Shown here: positions 1 through 12,179 of the stretch, piece by piece | Numbering within the stretch: position 1 is the stretch's first letter | Layout of the letters: every line of letters begins with the position of its first letter | DNA from: Lytechinus pictus | Lineage: Eukaryota | Reading direction: 5' to 3' | DNA: 64,000 bases | Assembly (NCBI RefSeq): GCF_037042905.1 | Contig: NC_087250.1 | Location: 7,442,001-7,506,000, forward strand | Notes under the pieces: model-generated | Database searches by the model: none | The model's input: the letters and a program-made list of their open reading frames with translations, nothing else | What the model was told of the DNA's origin: nothing | Position numbers and translations under genes: made by a program

Positions 1-1020
1 ATGAAAGTGATTTTTATGACGAAGAGGCGGAGGATGGTGATGATGATGATGATGATGACGATGATGGGGATGATGATGAGGATGGTGACGATGATGGTGG
101 TGGTGGTGAGGATGATGGGGATGATGATGATGATGGTGGTGGTGGTGGTGGTGGTGAGGATGATGGGGATGATGATGATTAGTGTGAGGATGATGATGGT
201 GGTGGTAGTAGAGGGGAATTTGGAAAATGAATCTGGTATTTATTCTGATGATGATAGTAATTTTGTTGATGATGATGATTCTGGCGCTATGATGGTTATG
301 ATAGTGAATTTAATGACGAAGAGGAGGAGGATGGTTATGAGGATGATGATGATGACGATGATTGGGATGATGAGGATGATGACGATGATGGTGGTGATGG
401 CGAGGATGATGGTGATGATGGGGATGATGATGAGGAGGATGATGATGATGATGGTGGTGGTGGTAATAGAGGGGACTTTTGAAAATGAATCTGGAATTTA
501 TACTGATGATGATGATAGTGATTTTGAGAATGATGATGAATATGATCCTGTCGTTAATGATCAGTGGTCATGATAGTGATTTTTATGACGAAGAGGAGGA
601 GGATGGTGATGATGATGATGATAAGGATGAGGAGGATAATGATGATGAGGAGGAGGAGGAGAATGATGATGTTAGTGATGATGGTGGTGGTGGTGATGAT
701 GATGATGATGATAGTGATTTTGATGATGATGATGAAGATGAATATGATCCTGGCGTTAATGATCGGTGGTCATGATAGTGATTGTTATGGCGAAGAGGAG
801 GAGGATGGTGATAATGATGATAAGGATGAGGAAGATAATGATGATGGTGATGAGGAGGAGAATGATAATGGTAGTGATGGTCATGGTTATGATGATGACG
901 ATGATGGGCATGAGGATGATGATGCTGGTGGTGATGGTGGTGAGGATGATGATGGTGATGGCGATGATAATGAGGATGATGATGATGCCTGATCTATAAT
1001 GATGATAATGATGATAATCG
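1..1020. repeat. GAT/GGT/GAG low-complexity tract organised as a higher-order repeat (units of ~200-300 bp)
   Basis: Anchor motif ATGA(A/T)AGTGA..T..ATG(A/G)CGAAGAGG recurs at ~1, ~298, ~570 and ~772. The Met-rich and Asp-rich ORFs are alternative frames of the triplet repeat, and the acidic frame shifts between units. Confidence 0.85.
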
Positions 1021-1396
1021 TAAATTTTCTAAAATTACCGTCTTGTCCGGGCAAACAACCCGTCGGGATATATCCACTGTGGATTATTTAAATCGTTTTC
1101 TCCCTCATTTTTTTGGAGTTTCTACGCCCATGCTCCAGGCTACCACCTCCCCTGCCCCCCCCCCCCCCCCCCCTGTTCCATTTATAAATCTCCAATGCTG
1201 AAAGCGTAGTTGCAAAGAAAAGACGAGGAGATGATACACCCATCAACTGGCCACGCCCACACAGACAATATTATTATTCTGGAGTACGAGTTCACTGTAG
1301 CCTCCGCATGCACATGTCCTGTGCATGTACGTGCATATGCTGCGCTGGTGATCGGGCTTGTTTACGGTGCCCGACCTGTACCCGGGGCTGTGCCTG

Positions 1397-1432
1397 ATGA
1401 ATTCGAAAATGAGGAGGACCAGACTACATAGG
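1397..1432 (+). pseudogene. Putative first coding exon of GAL3ST-like paralog 1 (MNSKMRRTRLHR, basic cytoplasmic tail)
   Basis: ATG at 1397, 12 codons, donor AGG|GTGAGA at 1433 (phase 0). The phase matches the acceptor at 8170/8171 and places a basic tail before a TM helix, as in type II Golgi enzymes. Confidence 0.55.
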
Positions 1433-1479
1433 GTGAGAAAGGATCTACAGTCCGCTTTTTGTTAGTTTGTTCATTTAGA

Positions 1480-2030
1480 GGGGCTAGAGAATTAGTTAGG
1501 GACCTAATCCTAGATCACGTTTGATACTTTCTTTATATAGATCTAGACTAGATCTAGGCATAGATTCTAGATCTACGTTACGTCTAGGCTTGGCTTAGTT
1601 AGACTCTAACGTTAGAATAGATCTAACGTCATAGTGATATTAGGCTGCTCTAGGGCATGTAGGCCACAGTTTAATGTTATATCTAGGACCTAACAGTAAA
1701 GCGACGCCGTCAGTGGCAGTGCACAGTGTTTTACTTTTAGTGGTCCACGTTATTCTAACCTTAAGCCTAGATCTAGATAACTGTTAGCCAGTTAGGTCTA
1801 GTTATAGATACAGATCTAACTGTAACTTAGATCTAGGAATTCTAGAATTAGATCTAGATGTAGATTTAGACTCTACCAGATCTAGATTCTAGATCTAGAC
1901 TAAGTTTATATCTAGATTATAGTTCCCACCTTCTTGGCGCTATTTAAGTTAGATCTAACGTTAGATCTAGGCGGCAGGCCTACCTTTTAATAGATTTAAC
2001 GTTAGATCTAGCCTAGTCTTATAACATTAG
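1480..2030. repeat. TCTAGA/AGATCT palindromic-hexamer-rich tract
   Basis: Dense interleaved TCTAGA, AGATCT, AACGTT and AGGCCT-type motifs just downstream of the donor at 1433. Confidence 0.8.
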
Positions 2031-2999
2031 ACGACTTCTACCCCGTCCTCGCCTGCCCCGGTGTAGACCCAGGCGCGGATCCAAGAGGGGGCCGAGCCTG
2101 CCCCGCCCCCCCCCCTATTTTTGGGCAACCAAGTAAATGTCCTTTTAACTTGAGAGAAACGTACGAATTAGGTATTATACCCATTTTTATTTTACAGCCT
2201 CGTAACGGCCGGCCCGATATCATGCCTACTTCATAGGCGGATCCAGCTTTTGGCGAAAGGGGGGGGCGCACTTCCGAGCGGCGCACATATTTTTGCACTT
2301 CACCGGCGCGGCGGCGCCATAAAAAAAAATGTTGAAAAAGGGGTAAAGTCTGACCCCGTCAAATGCTCTTTTCAAAATGTAGGATTTCCAGTCATGCCAT
2401 TTTGCATGACCACACGCAAATAAGATTTCCGGGGGGGGGGGGTCAAGACTCGAAAATTTGGTGCACATCTCACATTTGCACATTTTTCATAGTTTTCATG
2501 AAATGTTAAGGGAAATTTTTTTTTTCACAACAGCAGATCGCGAATGTGCCCCCCCCATTCCCCCTTGCTGCGTACGACCATTCCCTGAAGTCCACTTAAA
2601 CATAATTTATCTCATTATAACAGAAATATACATCAATTTAAACATATAATCTTTCTAAAACATATATAGAGAGCGATTGAAAAACTTATTAAAGAAAGAA
2701 ACAAGCAAAAAGTAATACAAATTATGCATGTTAAGTGCGATTTCAAAATCTCGTGTATTAACCCTTTTATTGCGATGAGGCCAATACTTTTGTATATTAA
2801 TAGAGATACAAGTTTTTTTTTTAATATATGTATATATATATACACAGGGGCTTCGATCCTTTTTTTAAGATTTGGGGGGCAAAATCATGAATCAACTTTC
2901 CAAAGGCGCTCGATATCTCACAAAACAAACAAACTCACACAAACACACACACACATATGCATATATATATATTTATATTATTATTATTATTATTATTTT

Positions 3000-3990
3000 A
3001 TTCGGCATAATCAATACATAAACAACATATACAAACAATAGGAATAGGAGAGTCACATGGATGCCGGGAAAGGAAAAAGATTAACTAAATAACTATAACC
3101 CGAAGGTCTTCCTTTCCAATCCATGTGACTTTACAAAAATAACATGCATACATGTACTACAAAATAGTAAAATACAACTATATAGTTGTTGAAGATGACA
3201 ACAAATTAAATTAGAATTAAATCAAGAATTAAAAAGAAGAAGTGTCAACCTGGGTAGAAGTAGAGCTCACGAGAAAAAAAAAATTATTTCAAATAATAAT
3301 TAAATGTGAGCACGTGCCCAGATTGACACAATTTGAATGAAGAGGGCGCTGTGCAATAAATGATTTAGCATGCATGTATACAAAATGATTGGCATATAAA
3401 TTAAGTTTGATTAGACCCTATACATGTAGGCTGAAAAGCCAACATTATGATTGAGACAAGAGATTACTGGTCCCCCCGCAATATATGACCAAAAGCAAGT
3501 TTTACAAATTCATTGATGTAAACTGAGAATAATTATGATCAATGTAAGGAATTTGGAACAATTAATTCAGAAAAAAAAACACGTCAGAGTCTCATGTACA
3601 CTGCACAACAAAGCTTACAAAAATCTGGAAAGCTGTCAGAGTTAAAATTTAAATTCGTTGAAAATAAAATGAGTTTACATTCAACCGGTTGATAATACAT
3701 GTTGTTTTAATTTATTAAGCCAGGTGTGAAAGGACAGTAGTACAATATCTACCTTTAAGGTAGAAGGTAGTGAATCCCACACACGAGGAAATGTATGAAT
3801 AGCAGAACCATGCAATCTTTGGGTGCGAGCTTTTAGATGTTTGAATTGAATCACTTCAAAATGTCTTGGATTAACATGGATATTATATTCAACAGCTTCA
3901 CATTTAATGAGGCAAAATAGTACTTTAACAATAAAACTCATCAAAAGATAATTCCGTCTAGAATTGAGGGTGTACCACTTCAAATTTTGA
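3000..3990 (-). mobile_element. Decayed 3' end of a non-LTR retrotransposon (CR1/L2 group)
   Basis: ORF 3681-3983 (-) ends ...FPRVWDSLPSTLK...WLNKLKQHV, resembling LINE ORF2 C-termini, followed by a 3' UTR-like stretch and (TAA)n tail. Confidence 0.5.
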
Positions 3991-4029
3991 AGGCGTATGA
4001 CTCATGAGATAGAAACACATATCTCACCA

Positions 4030-4520
4030 ACAAATTAATGCGAGCGCGAAGCGCGAGCTGAAATTTTTTAGTATACTGACCTGAAAACAGGAAAAAGGTG
4101 CCTGTTTAGGACTGTTTGTAGTAACTCATGAGGAGGATACATATCTCACTACACAGATAATGCGAGTGCCGAGGGCGAGCTGAAATTTCTTTATATTCTG
4201 ACCAAAAGCTTGATATTCTATGCATTTTTGGTACCAATGATTAAGATGGGTATCTAAAAAAACAATAGATGCGAGCGCGAAGCGTGAGCTTAAAATTTTG
4301 ATATTTCGATCTGAAAAAAAAAATGACAGTTTAATGGACGTTTGTAATAAAGAACAAGATTAAATCCAGCAAAAGATTATTGCAAATCGAAGAGGGAGTT
4401 CTTTTGACGTTTAGTCCTGAAAAAGGGACATTCTATTCACCTATTTAATCATGAAAAGTATGGGGTTTTGCTACAGAAATGATTCGAGCGCAAAGCGCGA
4501 GCTGAAAATTTGTAAATTCC
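4030..4520 (+). repeat. Tandem ~110-120-bp repeats with GCGAGCGCGAAGCGCGAGCTGAAA core
   Basis: Core at ~4040, ~4160, ~4270 and ~4485; the same core occurs inverted at ~6320-6710. Confidence 0.7.
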
Positions 4521-4937
4521 AATCTGAGAAGCGGATAATTTAAGCACGATTTTAAATAAAGAACGAGTTGTGTAGCTCAATCTCAATATACGACTGGTTG
4601 CGTAATTATACACTCCCGGTACTAGCAACGGGTTTTAGCAAAGTTTTGGGCTAAAATATCGAATCATCTTAATAAAGTAGCTGTCTTTAACTAAAGGCCA
4701 TAGAGATGGCACAATGTGGAATGTGTAAAGAAGAAAAGTGACTGACCTTCTTTTTATTAAAGCATTGGAAAATAAAATAAAGGATTTGCTCTACGCTTTT
4801 GTATGATTCTGGGATTTTTAAAATAAATTAAAGATTTCATGACATCTGTCATTCTGTGGGCAACTGCCCCGCCCCAGTCCACTCTGTAAAGGCATGCGAT
4901 AAGCTTTGTTATGACCATTCAACAATAAAATGTATAA

Positions 4938-5530
4938 CCAGGTGCCGCTGATCATTCTTGACCGGCGCCGATCTAGATTTGGTTGGCAATAGGCCCTTCT
5001 TCATTATTCTACCGGCGCCTATTTATTGGAACCAGGGGACGCTGATTATTCTTGACCGGAGCCGATTTAGAACAAGTAGTGCTGATTATTTTTACCGACG
5101 TCACGTAAGATTCAGACAGCGGCAATACATAATTGACTGGCGCCGATTTAGAACCAGGAGGCGCCGATTATTCTTGACTGGCGCCGATTTTTAACCAGGT
5201 GGTGTTGATTATTCTTGTCCGGCGCCGATTTAGATTTAGGTGGAGCTGATTATTCTTGATCGGCGCCGGTTAAGACTCAGGCAGCGCCGATTTATAACCA
5301 GATGGCGCTGATTATTCTTGACCAGCCCCGATTTAGATATAGGTGGCACTGATTATCCTTGATCGGCGCCGGTTACGAACTCAGGCAGTGCCGATTTTTC
5401 TCGACTGGCGCCGATTTATAACCAAATGGCGCTGATTATTCTTGTCCGGCGCCGATTTAGATTAAGGTGGCGCTGATTATTCTTGGTGCCAGTTATATGC
5501 AGGCAGCGCACTGCTGATTATTTTTAACCG
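4938..5530 (+). repeat. GC-rich minisatellite (GGCGCCGATTTAGA...GGCGCTGATTATTCTTGACC, ~40-bp unit), probably internal to a non-autonomous DNA transposon ending near 5810
   Basis: More than 10 degenerate copies; CCCCTGGATCCGCCACTG terminus at ~5793-5810. Confidence 0.75.
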
Positions 5531-5984
5531 GCAAGGTTGTTGGGAAAAGGGTAGTTAAAAGAAAAGATAAGGAAGATGATATGATTGTGCTTTGCTGGGG
5601 GATAGTCTTTCCTTACTGTTGCTAATATTATATCAGTGTATAATTTTCTTAAGCGGCGCCTTTTCATTTCTTTCCTTTATTTTTATTTTTCCAAGCAGCG
5701 CCTTTTCTTTCTTTTACTTTTCTTTTATTTTTTTTTGAGCGGCGCCTTCGGCGCCGCTCAAATATTAGGGGGGGCGCGCGCCCCCTGCACCACCCCCTGG
5801 ATCCGCCACTGTACTTGCAGTGGCACCGCATTCTGTTAGTTCAAATGTAGGCAAACCACGCTACTGCAACTGCGCGCATCAAGCCATTCTCCTGTCAACG
5901 GCCGATTAGCTCTGCATAGGAGGTGCTTGGTCTAAATAATAATCGGCTCGTGCTTCGCGCTCGAATAATTTGTGAAGTATTTAT

Positions 5985-6244
5985 TCGTGTGGTCCAGTGG
6001 TTAGAGCATTGGACTCATAATCGCAAGGTTGTGAGTTCGAATCCCAACTCTGCCATTGTCTCCACTTTGATAAAAAGGCCCGAGAGTGATATCTGTCGTC
6101 TACAATGTCAGCCACTATGACTGATTAACCTAGACGTAAAATGTTTCCTAGGTAATTGGTTATATACCAGCTTGGCGTTTACCAGCAAAAATGCTGTCCT
6201 GCCGAGTTCCTACTGGAGTTACCATAAACAGAAACAAACAGAAA
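5985..6244 (+). mobile_element. tRNA-derived SINE, family A
   Basis: Pol III box A (TGGTCCAGTGG), box B (GTTCGAATCC), AAACAGAAAC tail; near-identical copy at 29224-29487. Confidence 0.85.
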
Positions 6245-6724
6245 TATCCACTTCACAATTTTCCTACGATGCTTGAAATAGTGCTCAAATTGACCGTCTT
6301 TAGATCGCCATAATTTTTTTTCAGCTCGGGCTTGCACTTTATTGATTTTCATAATAAAAGAAATGTATCTAGAATGCCCAGATTCTAGGTCTAAATCTCA
6401 AAAACACGCAGTTTGTTCTTTATTCAAAACGCGCTTGAATTATCCAGTTTCATATCAGAATATCAAAAATTTTCTTCTCGCGCTTCGTGCTCGCATTATT
6501 CATGTAATAGTCATCCTTTTGTGATTTACGAAACATGAATAGTTTGTCCCGTTTTAGGTCTCAATCTCATTTTAATCGCTCGCGCTTCGCGCTCGCATGA
6601 GATGTTTAGTTATATACCTATTCTGTATATGATTACAAAAAGTGCTTAAAATGTCAAATTTTTAGGTCAAAATGTCATGAATTTTCAGCTCGCGCTTCGC
6701 GCTCGCATTATTTGATTGTTGAAA

Positions 6725-7010
6725 TAGATCTAGGCCTAAGCTGGATCTAATTTACATTCTTGGTACTCAATGGTAGCGTAGATCTAGATCTAGGCCTAGA
6801 ATCTAAATGCAATTTCCACATTTTACATCTTACTGTTCTTTCCATGATACAGACCATAGTGAGCATATGCTAGTGTAGTAAGTTAGGTTCTAACGTTAGA
6901 TCTATAAAGTCTAGATCTAGATTCTCTAGATATAGGCCTAACAGTTAGGCTAGAAATTCTAGTCCAAAATCACCCATTTTTTAATCAAAGATTTCTAGTC
7001 TTACTTTCTA
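6725..7010. repeat. TCTAGA/AGATCT-rich tract (second block in the first intron of paralog 1)
   Basis: TAGATCTAGGCCTA, GATCTAGATCTAGGCCTAGA, TCTAACGTTAGATCTA and similar motifs. Confidence 0.75.
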
Positions 7011-7486
7011 GGAAACTGAGGTCTTGGAGACTTCGTGTTAAGACTCGATGAATAATTATTGACCGCCCCCCCCCCCCCTTTGACCTTCGACTTCGTGGTT
7101 TTCTTGTAATTTACACCAATTCATATTTGTTAAAGGCATTTATTGGTTTTCTGTTCAAACAAATTTGGTACATAACATTAATACAAGTCAAATATATCAC
7201 AAAGAATGTCAATCATAATGATTCATAACAAAGTAGTTTTTGATGAATAAATCTCATTGTATTCATTAATGATTTATTGACTATTCATCATCCCCTTATA
7301 ATTTCTTAACGCTAATTTTAAATGTGTGTAGTGGTTGCCCTGTTTCTATTCAATCTCTAATCATGCATTTTTGTCAACCGTTATAAATAATTTCCCTTAA
7401 AAAAAACAGTTGCATTTACAGCACATAAATAATTGGCGGTTTATGTCAAGTAAACACACAATTTGTAGATCTACATTGTAATTAAT

Positions 7487-8090
7487 TTTGTATCGCCTGC
7501 AATGCAGAAGCGAGATAGCTTATGATAGTCGCCGCTTTTCCGGCGGCGTTGACATTGACATCAATTTTAACCATGGTTAAGTTTTGAAAGGGTAAAGATC
7601 TATTTCATGAACCTTGGACATACTGGTAATCTAGTATCACTGATCATCTTTCAAGAGTTTCAGGTCAGGTGATTGAGGTTAAATGTCGTTTAGTGTCAAC
7701 ATGGTCAATGGACTTTGACCATGTTGTGGTAGATCATCAAAACTTATCACAGGTTATGATTGTCAAAAAGAATAATATTTTTTTATGTATTCCTGTTAGT
7801 TTGCATGTGATGTGACGCATATCAAGTATCAGCAAATGGTCAAGTATCAGGTTTACTAGGCCAAGGTCAATGGTCCTTTGGGGTCAATAAACTGGTAATA
7901 ACTTATAAGGGTTTTGCGAAGGGTTTGATTTTGAATTAGCAAGATATTTTTGAAATTATGAAACCTTATTCTACTAAACTTGAAGATCACGGTTATCAGG
8001 TGTTACATCAGTTACATGAATAGGTATATAGCTCCAGGCTTTGGGGTAAAGTAGGAAGGTCATTTCTGGTCAATTAGTTTTGACTGATTA
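7487..8090 (-). mobile_element. Degenerate copy of the TGACCTTTGACC-core tandem-repeat element (see 60263-61232)
   Basis: CGCCTGCAATGCAGAAGCGAGA and GCCGCTTTTCCGGCGGCG resemble the reverse complement of the 61190-61230 end; GGTCAA-rich units follow. Confidence 0.6.
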
Positions 8091-8170
8091 ATTTTCTTTG
8101 TTTATTTTTCAAACTTTTTCTCCATTATCTGTATTGGGATGACAAACTAACAATGTCTCCCTTTCTATAG

Positions 8171-9172
8171 TCCCCATTTTCGTTTCAGAATTATCTTATA
8201 TTAGCCAATGCGTGTATCCTTGTGCTCTTGGTCTTAAAGGGGAAGTTCACCCTGAAGAAAACTTTGTTGTAAAAATAGCGCAAAAAATAGTAAAAAATAT
8301 TGGTGAAGGTTTGAAGAAAATCCGTTAAAGAGTAAGAAATTTATTAGTGTTCAAAGTTTTGGATTTGTGACGTCATAAACGAGCAGCTGTCCCATGTGTT
8401 ATGTAATATGAAATGCATGAATTTCAAATTTTAGTATGGTTCCTGATGACTTAATTTTGTTTTCTATTCATGATCGGGTGTGAAATGATTTGTCTATTGA
8501 TATACAAAAGGTACAGGGAAAACCTGTTTAATTTTCTGAGAAAATGACATTTCATAGATTTTTTACCATTCGCTATGTAGGAATGCTGCTCGCATATGAC
8601 GTCACAAATCAAATAATTGAAATTCTAATAACTTTTTAATTATTTGATTAATTTTTCTTAAACCTTCGGCAATATGTTTTATTATATTTTCTGCTACTTT
8701 TACAATAAACTTTTTGTCAAGGTGAACTTCCCCTTTAATACTACAATGGGTGTACCAGTCTCCTTCGTTCAGTGTCACACTGATGACATCATACAGATCA
8801 AGGGAAAGTCCCGCTCTGCCAATGACGTCATCATGGAAGCAGTCAAGCGGCGAAAGTCTTCTCGAAGATGGCAAACTTTCAAGGTTGAACAAATCATGGA
8901 CGCATATCTGTAAACCTCTGATAAATCTCGCCTTCGTGAACACTCACAAGACCGGTAGCACCACACTAGCTACGATAATAAATCGCTTCGGGTTCACCCG
9001 GAAGTTATCGTTCATGTATAACCGGAAGCACTTGCATGGTCATTTCACGGTGCAGAAGTTAATAGTGAAAAGATTGTTGCCTCCAATGTGTGTCAGGGAG
9101 GGTGATTACGGGAACTACCGAAATTATAATTTGATGACGGCACACTTCAGGATGTTGTCCAATTTAGTTCAG
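8171..9172 (+). pseudogene. GAL3ST: GAL3ST-like paralog 1, TM + 5'-PSB exon, interrupted by a MITE
   Basis: Branch point CTAAC at 8147-8151 and acceptor TAG| at 8170. Removing 8238-8738 restores SPFSFQNYLILANACILVLLVLILQWVYQSP in frame. PAPS-binding motif NLAFVNTHKTGSTT; donor CAG|GTGAGG at 9173. Confidence 0.85.
8238..8734. mobile_element. Non-autonomous TTAA-specific DNA transposon (Kolobok-like, AGG...CCT termini)
   Basis: TIR AGGGGAAGTTCACC / GGTGAACTTCCCCT; TTAA duplicated at 8234-8237 and 8735-8738. Confidence 0.85.
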
Positions 9173-9563
9173 GTGAGGTCTATTTTAAGTTCAAAGTAAA
9201 TCCCTCCCTGTTTGTAAGCATTGTCGCGGTCAAGGTTATTTTTGCTAATTGCCACATCCGGTTTTTGTGAACAAATAGGGTTCAGCAGCAGATCGAATTT
9301 AGGGATAATCGTTAGTCTTTGTGAAACTGTAGTAGCCTTTGATTAACTTACGGTCTCTTATTTGGATGAATTTTAGCTTTATGATAATAAGACCTAGGTC
9401 CCTTTCCATAAGGACCTGTCGTAATAACAAGTGATCAATTTCTTTAACAAGTTTACTATCAGCCAATCAAATTGACCGATTTCAGTAGCTTTGAACTATC
9501 ATTGTGACGTTATTATAAAACGGGGCCCTGAATATATGTTCTATTTTTATTTGTTTTATTTAG

Positions 9564-10039
9564 TTGAAGAAGTTGATGGCTCCGAATTTCAAAATGATCA
9601 CCGTCATCCGAAAACCACGGTCTCAGTTTGAATCCGCCTTCTCTCCCTTGAACGCTGGGGGCAGCATGGGACTCCGTCCTCTCGATAGAAACACCACGCT
9701 TACTGAAGATTTGACGCGCTTCCTTACAAATCCCGCATTCTATTGGAATTGCGCATCGTGGTTTGCGCACTGGTATACGCGAAACGGACACTCTATGATC
9801 TGGCGGATACAGACAACTTCGGGAGTCCCGAGGAAGTGAGTCGGATGATAAGACGTCTCGATCGAATCATCGATTTAGTGCTGATCGCCGAATACTGTGA
9901 CGAATCGCTGGTTATTATCCGGGGATTAATGTGTTGGGACTTCAAAGACATCGTTTACATAACGCAAAACGATGTTGATAATGAATATGATAATTATAGT
10001 GACGATGGAAAGGTGCGTTATTTTTCGAGCTCGCACTAG
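9564..10039 (+). pseudogene. GAL3ST: GAL3ST-like paralog 1, 3'-PB exon with 1-bp frameshift and truncated C-terminus
   Basis: Acceptor TTTAG| at 9563 (phase 0). ITVIRKPRSQFESAF, then a frameshift at ~9790 between YTRNG and LYDL, then IDLVLIAEYCDESLVIIRGLMCWDFKDIVY. Similarity to paralog 2 is lost after ~9970. Confidence 0.85.
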
Positions 10040-10090
10040 ATTAGGATCAATTTCATTACTCACATTAATTATCACTATTATACAAATGAA

Positions 10091-10912
10091 GAGTTTGGTT
10101 GCAAAAGGGGTTCAGATCCACTTTGGTCCATTCCGACATGTCCGAGAAAGTCATGTTTTTATTCTCCCATATTGCAATATTCTTATGACAAAGTAAATTG
10201 TTATGATGTACTACCCTATCATGTGAACATAAAATTGGGTAAACATGATAAAAGAAATTTATCTGCCATCAATTTTTTTAATAAACATATATTTTTTAAT
10301 CATTGTGGATCTAACCCCTTTTGCAAGCAAATTGAAATGAATCAAATCTTTTGTAATAAAAAAGGTGATTTTTCTTTTCCACTTTTGTCCACATTATTGT
10401 GAATTCCAAATTTGACTTTGGAATCACCAGAGCAACTAAAAAAAGTTTTGAGACAAAAAACAATAAAATTTATGATAAATAGATCTAATACATTTTTGAC
10501 AAATGAGCTCTTCCAGAAAAATTTGGTTGCAAAAGGGGTTAGATCCACTCCAAGATTTTTTTTTATTCATCCATATTGCAATATTCTTATGCGAAACTAA
10601 ATTTCATAATACCCTACCATGTGAACATAAAATTGGGTACAAAAGAAATTTACCTGTCTTCATATGTTTTTAAATATTCTTTTACAAATAAAAAAATGTT
10701 TGTGGATCTAACATTCTCTTGCAACCAAACTGAAATGGATCAAACCCCTTTTTGAAAAAAGGTGATTTTTTTTCTTTGCAATTTTTGTTCACTCTTTAAT
10801 CGGGAATTTAACTTTTCTTTGGTATCATTTTATAGAGTTACTAGAAGTTTATCCCTAAAAAAAAATCAAATTTGATGACAAATGGATCTAACCCCTTCTT
10901 GCAACCGAGCTC
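10091..10912 (+). mobile_element. Non-autonomous DNA transposon with GAG...CTC termini and repeated TTGCAAAAGGGGTTAGATCCA motifs (possibly Sola3-like)
   Basis: Inverted ends GAGTTTGGTTGCAAAAGGGG / CCCCTTCTTGCAACCGAGCTC with TGAA/TTAA flanks; related inverted copy at 32351-33157. Confidence 0.7.
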
Positions 10913-11543
10913 TTAATATATCACCGACAACATCCTGCCTATTAATTTTAAATCGATTAATCAGGGAATGGAATATATCAAGTGCGGCATCGATATAAAA
11001 TTGTCAATTTTGCACTATTCATTAAGAACCTATTTGAGGCTATCATAGGCACGAAACATATCCTTGGACTATATACATATATGAATACCACTCACAATGA
11101 TTTCCCATCCCTGAAGTAACAAAACATAATTCGCATGGTAATGTATGCACTCATTGAAAAAAAAAGCATCGATTTGCCACCCCCGATAATTTCGACAATT
11201 TAAATAAATTATTGCATTTTATTTCATTTCGTTTATTTCAATTTCGATCAAATTTACATTATAAAAGTACATCTTGATATAATAAACAATAAGTACAATG
11301 TATTATCAAGATGACCGTACGAATGTAGGATGCTGCTTCAAAAACACAGTTTAGAGAGTGCTGTTTTGGATTCACATAATATTATAAGTAAAAACCCCCG
11401 AAAAAAAGTAGAATGGGGTGACAACTTTGCCATGAAACCATTTAAAGGTACATTAAAAATAAAGACAAAGAGAAGGAAAATGACAAAGTAAGAGATTTAA
11501 TGTCTCTTGCCCCCCCCCCCCCCCTCCACCGGCACTCGTAGCG

Positions 11544-11977
11544 AATAAACCAGTTCGTAGTTCCACTCTGCGCATGATCAGAGGAAGGTCATTTGTACTA
11601 AAGTGACATGGTGGTTTAAAATTTAATGAGATAAGCACCAAATTCGATGTCTTCATTATTCATATATTCTTTTGAATTGTGTTTTTCATTCACATCCACA
11701 AAAAAATGCGTCCACGAATGACTGGTATATTTCACAGTTTGCCAAGTACATTGTACAACATCCTCTAGTATGCATTCAAAGTAGAAATTCAACAAATAAC
11801 TTCATAGAGTGTTCATTGATGTGCTATTCTAGTCACCTGGTCTATTCAATTTCTTCATCCCGCTATGTAAGGCGTGCATACGTAATATCTTGCTTTGAAA
11901 TCTACATATCTTAATGAAAGAAATGAAAGGTCATTTGACCCAAATTGTCCCAGAAGTAACTACGAACTGGTCTATTC
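11544..11977. mobile_element. MITE
   Basis: TIR AATAAACCAGTTCGTAGTT / AACTACGAACTGGTCTATT. Confidence 0.65.
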
Positions 11978-12179
11978 CACGGATCATCAGGATTAAGAAA
12001 AGTGTGCACAAATGTACGTATCTAAAAAAAATATATAGTGTAGTATGAACATTATTTTCATTTAATAAACTTTGGTTCTTCACAACTCTAGAGAAGATTG
12101 CAGATGAGATATTATCTTATTCAATATAAAAAGTGTATGTAAAGAACTGTCACGTATAATGTTCGTCAATGTCTCATAC

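Noticed and set aside
1..999. Met-rich ORFs (190, 142 and 77 aa)
   Set aside because: Alternative-frame translations of (GAT/GGT)n repeats.
4938..5530. CRISPR-like repeat array
   Set aside because: Units are contiguous and degenerate with no unique spacers, no cas genes, and a eukaryotic context.
5985..6057. tRNA-Met(CAT)-like gene (also 13177 and 29224)
   Set aside because: The acceptor stem does not pair well, and all copies continue into a shared ~190-bp body and simple-repeat tail, so these are SINE heads.
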